Below are positions 23,073-37,907 of a stretch of DNA of 64,000 nt, piece after piece (position 1 is the stretch's first letter; the number at the start of each line of letters is the position of its first letter). Location: NCBI GenBank assembly GCA_964304625.1, contig OZ199839.1, forward strand, positions 2,564,258-2,628,257, in the 5' to 3' direction. The DNA is from Kudoa neothunni. Taxonomy: Eukaryota > Animalia > Cnidaria. The notes below the pieces were generated by a model. That model was not told the DNA's origin. It saw only the letters and a program-made list of their open reading frames with translations, and ran no database searches. Made by a program: the position numbers and the translations under genes.

Positions 23073-25699
23073 TTATCTGATCCCTATGCTCGAAGCCACC
23101 TTCTTGCGATAGATAACCAAGTAATAAAATAGTCCTGCAGCGACACATAGCATCGCTCCAACAACAGAACCACTATTAAAATTGTTAACAATTCTATTCA
23201 GAACAATTTTACGATATAATCCCAGCCACTTTCATACTAAATCTATGTTAGATTATTGCAAAAATTATATTTTTACTGGTTAGAGTCAGCTTTTGCAATG
23301 ACATCTGGTGCTAAATATACCGATTTTTCAATTATAGTTCATATTTTCATATATTTACTAAACATTATGTTAACATATCAGTATGAGCTCCAAATATTAG
23401 TAAATAATGTATTATATATATTACATTATTAAAGTATGAATAAATTTCTTACCTTTTGGTTGTGGCGCGCGTGACTTTTGTGGATTTTGGAGCTAATTTT
23501 CAAATTGAATAAAAATTGAAAATAATTTAATTGTTAATTACTAAATATTCAGTTAATAATTCACCCATTTATTAAACTCGATTACCTTGTGGTATCTGCC
23601 ACAATCTCATTTTCTATATAATAGGTACATTTTAACTAAGCGATTAAAAATACCTTTCCTCACAATGTATATAATATCTCCATGTATGTACTTTTCGGGC
23701 TTTACTATTAATTTGTACGATTTTTCAGACGAAACACCAGGATAAGTGATTGAGTTGCATTTTGTTTCGCAATTGGTATCAGTCACCAAACACGGAGTTC
23801 CTACTAATGTCGGTTTTGTAGCAACTGTGATGTCGATCAATGTGTTGTAACATTTAATTGTTGACATATCTCTAGGGGGATTCATGACACCAACAAATTT
23901 TATAGTATCAGCATTAATCGAATGCGTTATGCTTAATGTTGCACCATCTAAAGAGGTTTAACTATTCATCAATTTAATAAAAATGACCTGTTATCAATCC
24001 AGTAATCTCTATATCACTTTTTCTGCTATCAAATTTTATTATCAAGGAATATTCGGTCCCGCGTTCCAACCTTTCAAGCTCAACTTGCTCAGAACACATT
24101 ACTCTGCAAGGAAATCTTCCATTGCAATGTACATCAGTGTAAAAACTTTGCCATTCAGTCTTTATCTTAATTAAACAAGAAATGTTATCATTGTTCTCGG
24201 TCATTGGCTGCAATCGCATTCTTGTATCCATAATGTTTATTTTATTACTTTCAAGTTGGATTGCATCTCCGCCTGTATATTTATTTAATAAATTCATTAA
24301 ATTTATTTACTTGTCTTATAGTAATATTCAAATTTTGTCACTTCTGAATCATCTTTTTTTGCATCCACAATTATGATATAAGCTGTTCCAGCACTTAAGT
24401 TGATAAAACTTTTTTTGTCACGAGTGGTGGTACATGGTGAAGATGAGCATTCTGGTTGTATTTTTGTTGTAATTGTTGGATCAAGAGCCTTTCTAAAGTG
24501 AACTGTACAACTATTCGCCTCATTTGTACCAGTTGAAGATTTCATATTTGTCAGATCTAATGTGAATCCGGTGTTTGAACGTTCTGTCGGAGTTATGCCA
24601 TTGTTTGCAACTATAAGGAAGTTAATCGCCTCTCTTTGAATTTTCGATACTTGTATAGGTTTTTCTTTGAGGTTCACTTTTGATTACCTCATGGATATAG
24701 ATGGATACCTGTGGAGAGTTGAGATTGGTATTCATCACAACCTCCGTACATGGATTAATGCATGACGTCTCGCTTGATCCACAACTTACCACAAATGTAT
24801 TATCCCCTTCAGCCTGATTCTTTATCTTAAATTCACAGAGTTTATCGGGCTTTTGATTTAAAATTGTGATTGTAGTTTTTTGTTTCACGGCGTCTTGAGT
24901 AACTTTGAAGAAAAATTCGGAGAACTCAGAGGCTTTTTTTGTGTATTCATTGTTGATGTAATAAACAAAGCTAGGGAAATAATCACCACACACTAAAGTG
25001 TAATCGAATCGATAGGTTATTAAACTTGCTTTCAAGCTAGCTTGGTTTGTTGTTGTACATGTTTCATCTGCCACTGATTTCACAATATCAATGCCACCTG
25101 AGGTCAGTTTACATTCTTTTATAGGGCAAACCATGTTATACGTAAATTTAACCTGTTCATCTTCTGTTGTTACAGTTATATCTGGATTCAAAACATAACC
25201 TAATTAAAGTTAACATTATTCACAAATAAAATCAAAGTTTCTAGTAGGATTACTTTTTGGTATCATAAATATTTTTATAAGTGTCGGTTCAGTTACTGAA
25301 TTTTCTGTTGTGCTAGCAACTTGTATTAGAATAAATTTTAAAGAAAATGATGCTTCTTCGATGTCAAGATTTTGTGTGTTGCATTCTACAATGCATTTAT
25401 TAGGTGTTTCAGTGTTTGCACAAGAAAAATCTTTGTAAGTAAATTTATTTTCTTCGTTCACTCGTGAAATTTGTATATAACATTTTTTGTTGGCCTCAAA
25501 ATCTTTTAACGATATTTTAACTTTATTTCTATTATTTCCTACTTCGGTGATTCCAAACTCAAGATAATCTGATTTCTCCGCTGGCGCAGTATTGAACGAA
25601 CCTAAAATATATCAATGTATATATACATAATACGAATAAATAAAAATTACAAAGTATAAATGTTGAAATAGTCACAACAGACGCAAACAGTCCCATCAT
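23073..25699 (-). CDS. Surface membrane protein family, copy 2
   Basis: Same 11-exon layout; MMGLFASVVTISTFIL... to ...GSVVGAMLCVAAGLFYYLVIYRKKVASSIGIR*. Twin introns at 23493-23586 and 23311-23453. Confidence 0.85.
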
Positions 25700-26200
25700 G
25701 AATTAAATAGATTTAATCCGCAATTTGGGTTCACGAGTAAAACTCGATTCAATTGACAATGAACTTCCGGACAAGTCGTCAAAATAATGAAAATTTATAA
25801 ATAATAATAACAATTTTGTAATTTTATACAAATATATAATTATTGGCACTGTCAGAAATTTACCAACAAAGAATTAAACTATCTTGATATTTTGATAAAA
25901 TTAAACTTATTTTCATATGGACAATACAATCATTTTTAAAATTTAAATTTAATAATATTCGAGCGATAAAATACATACTACACCATAAATCGTAATTTAA
26001 CTTTAAAATCAGTGTACTTTTGGTTTGTAATTAAATTAACGATAAAATTTATATATAATTTTGTACTTTAACATTGTACAGTTTTGAAATTTTGATACAT
26101 ATATTATAATCTAACATAACTGTAACTAAATATAATAATTTCTATGTAAATAATTCTCTTTATTATATTTTTTTTATATCAATAAAGTTTTCGTTAAATA

Positions 26201-26662
26201 CATGGGCGGATCAAAAAGTAGCGAGAATTTTTAAATATCTTCTCGTATGACAAAGATGTAAATTTAAAAAAATAGAATATAATAAAAAATATGTATTCAC
26301 ATATTTTGTGAAAAGAAATTAACAAATGAATAATAATATAAAATATGGCAACTAGTTGTTAAATTCTTAAAATGGGTTGACGTCGCTCACGAGAATGTGA
26401 GAAAACCACGAGCATAGAATTTGTATTCAATTCTGTGTAAAACTGGAAAAAAGCAGTAACAAAACTTATGAAATGATTAAAACGGCATTTTTAGACAATT
26501 CCATGAGTATAAGTAGAGTGTGTGAATAACATGAACGATCTAAAGAAGGTAGAAATTCGACCAATAGTTTAGATCGTTCTGGTCGATCTTTAACTAGCAG
26601 AAATCATGAAAAGATTAATGCCGTTAAGGATATTGTGGCGGATTAACATTGGATTAACAGTG
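26201..26662 (+). mobile_element. 5' fragment of a mariner (Mos1/SETMAR-like) transposon
   Basis: TA-flanked left end CATGGGCGGATCAAAAAGT; broken ORF EHRICIQFCVKLEKS...YEMIKTAF...SRVCE*HERSKEGR...DRSGRSLTS (mariner HTH). Confidence 0.7.
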
Positions 26663-26680
26663 TTTTACTTGCGCTATAAT

Positions 26681-28500
26681 TGGTGATCCCTAGACAAATG
26701 TCCTTTTTCAAAAGCAATGAAAACGACGCTAATATAACCGCTGATGCAGCGGCTACCAAGCTATCCCAATTTTGGACATCACAAACCAAAATTTAGTTCA
26801 ATCAGATCCAAGCTCAATTCCATATTCCCATATTCGAGGAATCAAGCAAGACGATACCAAATTATATCATGTGATCGCGGCGTTAGACCGAGAAACCGTC
26901 ATAAGAATCACTGACCTTTTGGAAGATCCACCCAAGACGCAAAAGTACGATACCCTCAAAAATAGGCTCATTGGCACGTTTGGTCTCATCGAAACTAAGA
27001 GATCTAGACGATTATTACACATGCCGGAATTTGGAGACCGAAAACCATCTGCTCTCTTTGATGAGATGTTGTCGTTTATGGGAGATCACAGACCTTGTTT
27101 CTGGTTCAATTATATATTTATGCAACATTTGCCTGAGAACATACGAACTCAACTTTCTTAGAAATCTTTCGAAAACACCAGAAATATGGCTGAATTAGCT
27201 GACTTACTTTGGTTAGCGAAAGATGCTAACAATGATGCCTACATAAATGAAATTGCAAACATGAATAAAATTTCTCTTCCTTCGACAATGGATGATAACA
27301 ATTCCAATCAAGTTACCAACGATGTATGCTTCTACCATCGTAAATTTGGAAAAATTTCCAGGAAGTGTTTGAAACCCTGCAGATTTGCGGGAAACTTCCA
27401 AGCCAGGCGGCAATAATTACAAGTGCGTCCGGCAGCCGAAATAATTTGTTATATTTATTTGACACAAGATCTAAAACACACTTCCTCGTAGACTCAGGTG
27501 CACAAGTGAGCGTCTATCCATATAATGATTACGACACGCTAGTTAACAACCAAAAGTTCCTGATAGCCGCCAATGACTCCAAAATTTTTTTGTTTGGTAA
27601 TAAAAAATTGGAGCTTACCTTCCAAGGTGTTACATATCGTTGGACTTTTGTAATCGCCAAGGTATCACAACCTTTATTGGGATCTGACATCCTCAAACAT
27701 TATGGGCTACTAACTGACATAGGAAATAAAAAGCTTGTCTCTCCTCAAAACTCACTAACAATACCCTTATTCAGTCGAAACTTTGGAACAACGCAGATAG
27801 CATCAAACTTCTACCTTACCGACGAACCATTTTCAAATAAACCCAAACACAGCATACGATTTATCATTGCTATCGATGGACAACCAGTCCATGCGAAACC
27901 TCGACGGCTTTCTCCACAAAAATTAAAAGCAGCCAAAGAAGGTTTCCAAAAAATGGATCAACTAGGAATTGTTAGACAATCCTCAAGTCCTTGGTCTTCA
28001 CCGTTGCACATGGTACCCAAAAAGGACGGATCACGGAGACCATGGGTGGATTATAGGAAACTAAACAATATTACACGACCAGACAGGTATCCTACACCCA
28101 ATATCAATGACAACACCTTCAAACTCCATGGCTGCATTTTCTGTTCCAAAATTGATCTAATTCATGGTTATAATCGGATTACTGTGAAACCTGAGGATAT
28201 TCCCAAAACGACTGTCACTACACCTTTTGGACGGTATGAATTCCTGAGGATGCTTTTCGGTCTCAAAAATACTGCCCAAATCTTCCAAAGACATCTTGAC
28301 AATATTTCTGGAGATTTGGAATATGTATTTGCTTATTTGGATGACTTTTCAGTTGCTAGTAAAACCTTGGCAGAACACGAAAAACACGTCGAAAAAGTTA
28401 GATTGCGTCTTATTTAGAATGGCTTATCAATTAATGAAGATAAATATGTTTTCAGAAAACCTGAAATATCCTACTTGGGGCACAAAATCATTCGTGACTC
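26681..28500 (+). mobile_element. Truncated Ty3/Gypsy LTR retrotransposon (gag, protease, RT)
   Basis: PBS-like TGGTGATCCC at 26681; gag with KLSQFW...QAQF and CFYHRKFG..SRKCLKPC knuckle; protease LVDSGA; RT SPWSSPLHMVPKKDG...YLDD. Stops and frameshifts present; no RNase H or integrase. Confidence 0.9.
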
Positions 28501-29425
28501 CTTTTTCTCAGATAAACGGATATATTACAAATATAAAATGACACTGAATCCACCAATAAAAATAAACTTTATAAAGTACTTAGCCCGTTCCATTGGCATA
28601 TACTGCTTGAATTCGCAGCAGCCCTTAAATGCAACAAGTTGCTCGTCGACACATACACCTTCCTTAGGGTGAAAATTACGTGTGATTAAATACACCCGAA
28701 TATTCCACAATTTACGAATGTGGAAAAGCTTGTCGGATCCTTTTCTTATATCCTTATTTTCCATATCGTCATAGTGTAGATCCCGTATGATTTGGCGGAA
28801 TCTATTTAACGAGAATAAACCGCGGTATATCTTCCTTCCTCCATCTATCCCAAATAACTCTTTAACCGGTTCTTGATTATCTCCGCGAATTCTATCCACT
28901 TATTGCCAAAAATTTTTCTCCCACATGTATTATTATGTTTTAGGATAATTTCGTAAATATCCCAATTAAATAGTACCTTGATAGTGTAAATTGTACCATT
29001 TACATTTTGTGCTACAAACGGTGAAATTCCAAGACGACTGTTCATAGTTTTTTCAGCACATGTTCTAGATAACAATGGCGGTCCCATCGACCATAATGTT
29101 ACGTTCTTGTCCGTTAATGAGTTTGATTGTGCATCAGTATTAGGGTAAAATTTTTCTGATGATAGGTCGTCATAAAATGGAGAAAACGAATCTGATGACT
29201 CAGTATCAGATGAATTACATGTTAAACCTCATCTTTATTTGGAAGATGTTTTTTTATTAACTTTTTTCCTACCGAATAAAAATGTTGGTTGAATTGTAAA
29301 ATTTTACAAGAAAAAAATTTAGAAGAATAGGTGAATTACCGACAATTTTTCTTTAGTGAATGTGGTAGAAAATTGATAACTAATGTCGCCTGGGCCCAAT
29401 AGACCCCAATTATATACTTAGAGGG
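28500..29425 (-). mobile_element. piggyBac (PGBD4-like) transposon relic
   Basis: VCVDEQLVAFKGCCEFKQYMPMERAKY matches the piggyBac DDD region; terminus ...TAGAGGG followed by ATAA near 29425. Confidence 0.8.
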
Positions 29426-30962
29426 ATAAACAAGTGTTTTTCTATATATTTTATATCGCGCCACAATTTTACTTGAATAAAAGTTCCGTTTCCACCTTTT
29501 TTAAAAGTATTAATTTTGGAAACTTAAACTGTTAAGAACTTTTGATAAAGCTCCCTACCACATTAAAATTTATAAGCAATTAATATATATATATATATAT
29601 ATATATTTCTTTTCTAATTAAAATGCGTTCGACAAGATCTAACTTAATTTATCGGCGGACCATAAATATTAACATATTTAGTTCTTCATCCCGCCAAAAA
29701 CAGCATCAATGAAACGGGGGGTATTTCAATCTTTATTAGGAAAAAATTTCGTGTATAGGGGACTTTTAAATTAAAAATAAATGGTCATTTTTGAAAATTA
29801 ATCAATATTATATTAGATTAAATCAAAAAGAGAATATGATTCTAAATGGGACAAGATTGAGATCAAACCATTTTGATTCTATTCGGGTGAAGGACGCGTT
29901 AAATTTTATTATTAATTTCCATATAATTACTCATTTCTTGTTGTAGTTTCAATTATATTAATTGTTATTTATAAATAAGCGATATTGACTTCAAAGTACG
30001 CCATAATGCATAATTATCTCATTATTAACTCTGTCCCACGAACACTCAGAATTTTTTTATTTCCACCAGATCGGTTCAAAAATTTCCATGCCACATCAAA
30101 ATTTTTTCGCGCCTCACGTTGGGAAACATTGCTTTAAACAAACTTAGCAAATGTTTCAAATGAATTAAAATTTTGGTCGTACTTTCTTGTGCTCAACTTA
30201 AGTCTAACTACATCATACCCAGAGAATTAACAGTTATCTATAAATTTTTAGCGCTTTTAAATATTTATAACTGAGAAATTTGTGGTAAACAACAAAGAGC
30301 TAATAAATTTAATCTTGCAGTGATTTTATCTGGAAGTTTTAATTCGTGATTTATTAAATTTCTTCTATAAGTCCAGCAATCGTATTATTATCTTTGAGAG
30401 GATTTAATAATTAAACTTCCAATCTAACAGATTAAAATATGAATTAGTATTTTTTGAATGAATAAAATTACAGAATGATTGGCATAACGATAATCCACCT
30501 ATTTAACAACATTTCGGTGTCTCTATTTGGATAATTTTCATAAAATTTCGTTTTTAATACTTTTAATTATTAAAATTTTTGTAATTCAGTGCTTCTTATA
30601 GATATTTCATGGTTTTGACCTTAAATAATATTCTAACAATATAGCTTTAGAAGGATGCATTGTAATTTAATGGAGATAGTGACATCAAAAAGTGTCATAA
30701 CGCTAAATGAAAAGAATCTAATGGAATGCTATTTAATATTATAGAATATCTTTTCCAACAACTTTTTTGCTATAATAGAAAATATAGCGATATTACTAGC
30801 AATAATAATAAATACATTTGTTTAGAATAAATACGAGGGTGATAATTTATTTAGCGCACCAATATAAAAACCTTGAGATTTATATAAAGAAAAATGGGTT
30901 TATTTAAAATTATCCAATAATGTTTATTAAATAATTTTTTTATTGTGTTATTAAGAAATGAA

Positions 30963-33582
30963 CTATCTGCTTCTTCCACCCATTGCAACCTTCTTTCGGT
31001 AAATAACCATGTAATAGAACAATCCTCCTGCTACGCATAGTAATACTCCAATAACACTCCCCCTAACAAAATCGTCATTTATTTTATATTAAGAAATGTT
31101 ACGATATAATTCCTGCGGTCTTTAAGCTATATTTATTATTAGCATCATATTCGAAGAATTTATATTTTACTGGTTTGAGTTCACTGGTGCAATAATATCA
31201 GGGGCTAAAAATAGAATTATCGAATTTTCCTTTTTAATATTTTTCAGGGTTTACTATAAAATAAATATTATTTTAAAATTCTAATAGAGATGTTGTTTAT
31301 GCATTTTTATTGGACCAATATTGTAAAAATATGATTTTGAATAGTTTTAATCATGATCAAATCGCTTACCCTTTTGTGGTTCTCCGAATAACTTTATTTG
31401 TAGGTGAAGCTAACGTTGTAAATTAAATGACTATAATTTACATTTGTACTTACTAATCAATATTTAACGACGTTCATTTAAAAATTTTAATACCGTGTAT
31501 TTTCTTCTACTTTAACGGTCGCTATTAGAAGATTAATTTATTATTTTTTAAGCGAAATACTTGGTCTGATCGTATAAATCGTTTCTCCATGTATATATCT
31601 CGCAGGTTTCACAACAAGTTTATATGTCTTTTTAGGGGAATAATCTCTGTATGTCATTGTATCGCATTTTATTTGACAACTTGTGTCAGATTCTGTGCAG
31701 GGAGATCCAATTTGTGTTGGATTGGTAACATCCGTGATATCAAGTAATGTGTTATAGCATATTATTTGAGACATATCTCTTGGTGGATCCATGACCGCAG
31801 AAAAAGTTACACTTTCACCATTTATTTTGTGACTTACAATTAATGTTGCCCCATCTACATTATATAACGATTGCAAAACTAAGCATTAATACCTGTTAAC
31901 AATCCATCAATTTCCTTATCATTTTTAGAACTATCGAACTTTATTAAAATCGAATATGTTGTTCCTCTTTCCAATCTTTCCAGCTTAATTGATTTAGAGC
32001 ACATTATTCTGCATGGGAATCTTCCATTACAATAGGCGTCAGTATAGAATTTTGCCCATTCGCTCTTTATTTTGACCATGCAAGCGACTTTATCCTCGTT
32101 TGTAGTCATTGGTTGAAATCGCATTCTTGTGTCCAAAACTGTTATTTCTTCATTGGAAAGGGTGATGTCCTCTCCAACTATTGAATGATATAATTTAGTT
32201 ATACACAAAATTTATCACTTGTTTTAATATAAAATTCGGACGTTGTTTCCATATTATCTTTATTTGCAACAACAATGACGACGTAATTTGTTCCCTTAGT
32301 TAAGGAGGAAACACTCTTGCTATTGCAACTGTTCCCACAGTTAATATTAGAACATTGGGTTTCAGTTTTTGTTGCTACGTTAGGATCAAGGGCTTTTCTC
32401 GTGTACACAGTACAACTGGCTGCAGCTGTACCATCTGAGGATTTCATACTCGAAACATCTAATGTAAATTCGGTTTGTGTCACACCTGATGCCTCTATGG
32501 CATTATTTTCAACTAAAGATATATTAGATAGAGTTAAATTAATTTTTAATACTTGTATATATTTTTATTTGAGGTGTTATATTGGGTATTTCACGAATCA
32601 TAACTGACGCCTGTTGGTAAGTCACATCTACTTTCATCACGACCTCGGTGCAAAGACTTATGCACGAAGTCGTGCCTGTTCCACAAGTAGTTACATATGT
32701 TTTATCTTCGGCAGATGCATCTTTTATCTTGAATTCACAAATTCTATCAGGCTTAGGGTTCAGAATACTAATTTTAGTATTTGATTGGCCCGTTTCTCTA
32801 GTAACCTTGATGAAAAAATTTGAAAATTCTGATGCTTTTTTTGTGTATTTATTATGGAAATAATATATAAAATCCGGGAAAAAATCATCACATTTTAAAG
32901 TATATTCATGTCGATACGTCAGAAAACTTGCTTTTAGACTAGCTTGACTTGCTGATGTACAAGAATCTGAGCCGACGGTAGATTTGTCAATTTCAATGCC
33001 ATCAGAAGTAATGTTACACTCTGTTATAGGGCAAATCTTATTGTAAGTAAACTTAATATCATTATTATCTTTTGATACAGTTATATCTGGGCTCATTATA
33101 TAGTCTACAAATATAAAAAATTTAATAAGCTCTGCGATCTGATGATTGTATTACTTTTCGGTATCAAAAAGACTTTCGTAAGAGTTGGTGCATTTTCAGC
33201 ATTGGCCGCCGTATCGGCAGCCTTTACTAAAACAAATATTGTTGAAAATGAGGCTTCTTCTAAATCTAATTCTTGCGTATTGCAAGGAACAACACATTTA
33301 TTTGATGTGTCGGTTCTGATACAACTAAAGTCTTTGTATGACAATTTGGTTCCTTCTATGTTGGATAATTGTATATAGCATTGATCTGTAGTGATGAATC
33401 CTTTGAATGATATTTTAAGTTTATTCCTCTTATTTTCTTCTTTTTTCATCCCAAATTCTAGATAATTTGTTTTTTGCGCATCCTGAGTATTTATCACGCC
33501 TAAAAAATATGTATAAAGATGGATAAAAGCATCTACCTATGAATAAAATTAGAAAAACGTAAATTTCAACAAATATCGCCAT
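30963..33582 (-). CDS. Surface membrane protein family, copy 3 (most divergent)
   Basis: MAIFVEIYVFLILFIG... to ...AGIISGSVIGVLLCVAGGLFYYMVIYRKKVAMGGRSR*. Twin introns at 31410-31494 (rebuilt donor GTAAGT) and 31205-31370. Confidence 0.85.
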
Positions 33583-34938
33583 ACGAAATTATATTATCCG
33601 ATTATATCTAATATTTAGACATTCGTGAATACGATCTATTCAATTAACAATTCATTTTCTGAATAGAATTTTATAGTTAAAATTTATTCAAACTTGGATA
33701 TTACTGATAACTAAGTGCATATTAGATGAATTCTTGAACATATTAAAATAACAGCAATCGTATATAATTGTATAAAGAAATGCTTTATCATTTAAAAATG
33801 ACGCCCAAATTAGAAAACGACATCTACACAAGTCATTATTTAAAGAATTAAATTTTTGATACTTATTCACTTTATAGAAATATATAAAATACATTTTTTT
33901 AATGTTACATAAAATAATCAAAATAAAACAGTCCTTTCTGAGCGAGGGAAATTGCAAAAAATCAATCACTTTTATACGATTTACACACATACACATTGTT
34001 TTAATATCACCTTTTGGATATAAAATAGTTTAATTCATTCACTGAAAATAAAATATCTTGCTGTGAAAATATATTATTAATATTTTGAAATATGAGAACA
34101 CTTATTTTAATTTGAAATATTTAACATTATTTTTATATTTCGCGTAACATTTCATAAAATATTTAAACCTTTAATTTATTATCATCTTATTGTTAGTTTG
34201 ACAAAGTAGACTCATTAATTACCTAAATATTTACGGTAGAATATCCTGAACACAATTGTTTGAGCTCTCTATTTGGAAGTGATAGTTGGATCATCTACGG
34301 CGGCTTCGCCATAAAAATTAATTAACTATATAAGGTTACTTTTAATTTATAGGATCCACAAATAAGCGGTAAATGAGATGATATACGCTCTTTGATCCTA
34401 TTTATTTCATTTATTTAATTTCTTTGGATTGCTTTCATTGAATTCAGTTACATTCGCCTTAACGTAGATAATCGATATTACCGCAATTAATAATACTTAG
34501 AAAAATGGAAACAGTGAATATTGAAAACTATCTTACAATTCTTCCTTTTTTTTAATTCCATTAGACATGTTAGATTATGGCATGTTAATTTGCAGTATCA
34601 TAATAATTTTCGCTCCTCCCACGGGAAGTTTACCATATAAAATTTTTATTTTACGTTTATCAGCAATATCAGCGTTTTTAGAGCATTTATTAAGAATTAA
34701 TTATATCAATCAATAATCAATGCCCCCTCGAAAAACTACATATAGCTTTTTAACCACGTTATTTATATTTTGACCCTTTATTATATTTCTGATTGGCTTA
34801 AAATTCTAAAGGTAATCTAGAATTAAAGTAATGTCAATTTTTTATTTAATATTTATAAAATATGGACTATTTTTATAAAACTACGTAAACTGGTTACTTG
34901 GTCAATCTTAAAACAAAAGGTCATAACGATGTAGTTTT

Positions 34939-36808
34939 CGTAATAGGGTAGGATGTGACACCTAAAAAACACCCTTCGGCGCTTAGTTTTTTCGCCGATT
35001 CATTCACGAACATTCATAATAAAATAAAAAAGTATCGAGAGGAAGTATTCAGCTAATTATTGTAACATTTAATTTTGGTACAAAATCCCTAATACAACAC
35101 CGTCACCACACCTGAAATCTTCGTTAAGTTTCCAATAACCAATGAAAACCAATCTTATTGTACACACATTAACTTCTACCTTCATCATACGCCTCGATAA
35201 CATCTTTTTGAATGAAATATTTGATTTAAATAACAAAATATAAAATATTTAAGCGAGTAGTTTATCGAATTTCTCGCGCGCTAGAGAAAATGAGTTGAGT
35301 TTTATTAACGATGACAATTTTTTTATTGATTAATCATCTCATTAAATTATTTAATATACATATAGAGAAATAATATCTGCTTCTTCTTCATTTTAAATGT
35401 AACAAATGTTACAGATTCAACTGTTTTTCCCTCACCAAAAGGAATTTGAACGTCCAAGGGCCAATACCTAAAATTAAATCTCATTAAAGGAATGATGCGT
35501 ATTATTGATTCAGTTATTATTTTAATATGAAGTTATTTATATCTAAATACTAGACTCGAAATTCGAAGATGTAAAACTAGGGTATCTCCACGAAATGAAA
35601 CATCCTTTTCAGGTTTGAATTTGTTTCATCCCTCCCCAAATACAACGGTGAATAAAATATATAAAATTATTTACAATTGGAGCATGGTTAAAAATATTTT
35701 ATCCGCCTCCGAAAATATTAATTTGATCGCGAAAACAGTGGGGTATGGTTTAAAAAAATATGAAATATTTGCGCTTCTAATTTTCTTCTGCGAATACAAT
35801 CTGGTGTCAAAGGGTATGTTATTGAGATTGATGAGACGCTTCTTCGCAGGAAGCGCAAAAATAATCGAGGTCGGTATTTAAAGGGAGATTATCGGAAAAC
35901 AGTCCAAACCGCAGAATTTAATGAAGAATTAATGTTAAATTTTACATAATATAATGTTAAACAAACCGGTAAAATAGTAAAACCCCTTAGCCATAAAAAA
36001 ACAAATTTATTTATCAATTTTCCCCAAAAATTAAGTACATAATAGCATAAAAGGTTTGAAATATAAACGTTAGTTTTAAAAATATGAAAATAGAATAAAC
36101 ATCCAATTAAATGATCATACATACCTGAAAAATGAAATGAAAAGTGTTTTATATATTTTATATTATATTACTAAATTCCTATTTACGTTGTTTCTTTTAT
36201 TATGTATGTTAGCTTCCGTTAAGAATGTTTCTTTAAAAACTGATTGTTAAAAAATTTTGTTGACAGATATTAAACGCAACGAAGATTGAAGATTCATTGT
36301 AATGTCGCTATAAAAATTTCATGATACAAGTTTTACGATAAAATTATTATAACATTTTTTATAATTAAAATAAATTAATCCAAAAAATGTATGAACCACG
36401 AAAAGTGATAATTTATTGTAATTTCCTTTTAAAAGGTTCATAATCGGCATACCGATTATGAGAGAGAAGATAATTTATAAAAGATGTGTAAAGGTTTAAT
36501 TAAACGACTGAGTCGTATAATTATGGAACGACCCATCCCAACAAATGTTATTAAGGCGTATAATAAATGCAGAAGTTATTTTATGCGCAATAAAGTATGT
36601 TTTCATTGGTTATTGGAAACTTAACGAAGATTTCATGCGTGTCAATGGCGTTATATTCGAGATATGCACCAAAATTGGATGTTGCCATAATTAGCTAAAT
36701 ATTTCTTCTCGGTATTCTTTTATTTTAACATTAACATTCTTAAAAAAATAGGCAAAAGAACGTTGCGCAGAAGGGTGTATTTTAGGTGCCACATCCCACC
36801 CTATTATC
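34939..36808 (+). mobile_element. Merlin (IS1595/ISXO2-like) DNA transposon, internally decayed
   Basis: Imperfect TIRs of about 210 bp (34939-35150 vs 36599-36808); perfect 8-bp TSD GTAGTTTT; relic GYVIEIDETLLRRKRKNNRGR near 35810-35875. Confidence 0.85.
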
Positions 36809-37907
36809 GTAGTTTTCAAATGTTGTGCACCAGTGAGATTAGAAAGAATATTATATTGATTTTATAATAAAATCAATTTTTATTTTATTATTAATGTAAA
36901 ATATTTAATTGTTAAATTTTCTATGTCCATTATGAATTTTTTACCATTTAATAAAATATTTAAATACTTTGTATTATGAAGTCAAATTCGGTTCTCGCTT
37001 ATCCTATTATTCATTAATATCGGTGAAATGATAAAAACATTAAATATATGTTTTCTAATTCATGTTTCAAAATGATACCAATTCTTATTTTAGTTACATT
37101 AAAATTATTTATGAGCAAAAACAAAGAATTTTACAAAGGACGTCTATGATTACGTCCAAAACTATTACAATTTATTCTCTAGCTTATTTATTCTGTTATA
37201 AAATCGAATACTAATATAATCTGGCTAATGTATTATTATAACTCCATTTGGATTTATATGGGAATAATTTAATAAAGAAAATTATAATAATATTATGAAA
37301 ATATAATATTTCCCATCTAAATAAGGGTCATTCCATAAGAAATATGACAATATCATCATGTGAGTTTCAATGATTACAATGGCCCAACATTTTTTATTTG
37401 TTAATTTATGTCTTAATTATTTCTTTTTACTAAAAATATTTTTTTATCCCAGGTTTATTAATAGAAAAACGCCTTTAATTATTGGACTAATATATAAAAT
37501 ATTGTTCAATATGATAAACATCTTAAAATTGTAATTTTATGGTTAAAATAAAATCACAACTCCTTCATGTAATTAATACACATGTAATATTAAACATCAT
37601 TATTGATCTTATATTTGTGTTGCACAGATTAAGCTTATTCGTTTTAAGATTCATGGAGAAATTTTAAATCATAGACAATTTTCCTGTTATCGCATTAGTT
37701 TTACTAATGGATTAATATTTTAATTTTATATATATTAATAAAACTTTCAGTTATATGATGACGATTATTCAATATCTTTAATTTGAATAATTTATTAGAT
37801 GTTGATTGTTATTCTATAAATTATTTTAATACAATAATAAAAGACAACATCCGAATATTTTAATTATTCAAAATCTGTCTATATTTAACAAAATTTAGAT
37901 TACGTTA

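Noticed and set aside
31410-31494. Hidden micro-exon as an alternative explanation for the phase mismatch
   Set aside because: A 2/5/8-nt exon needs a GT shortly after the internal AG. Copy 3 offers only a 3-nt TAA, which does not correct the phase, and most other sites have no suitable GT.
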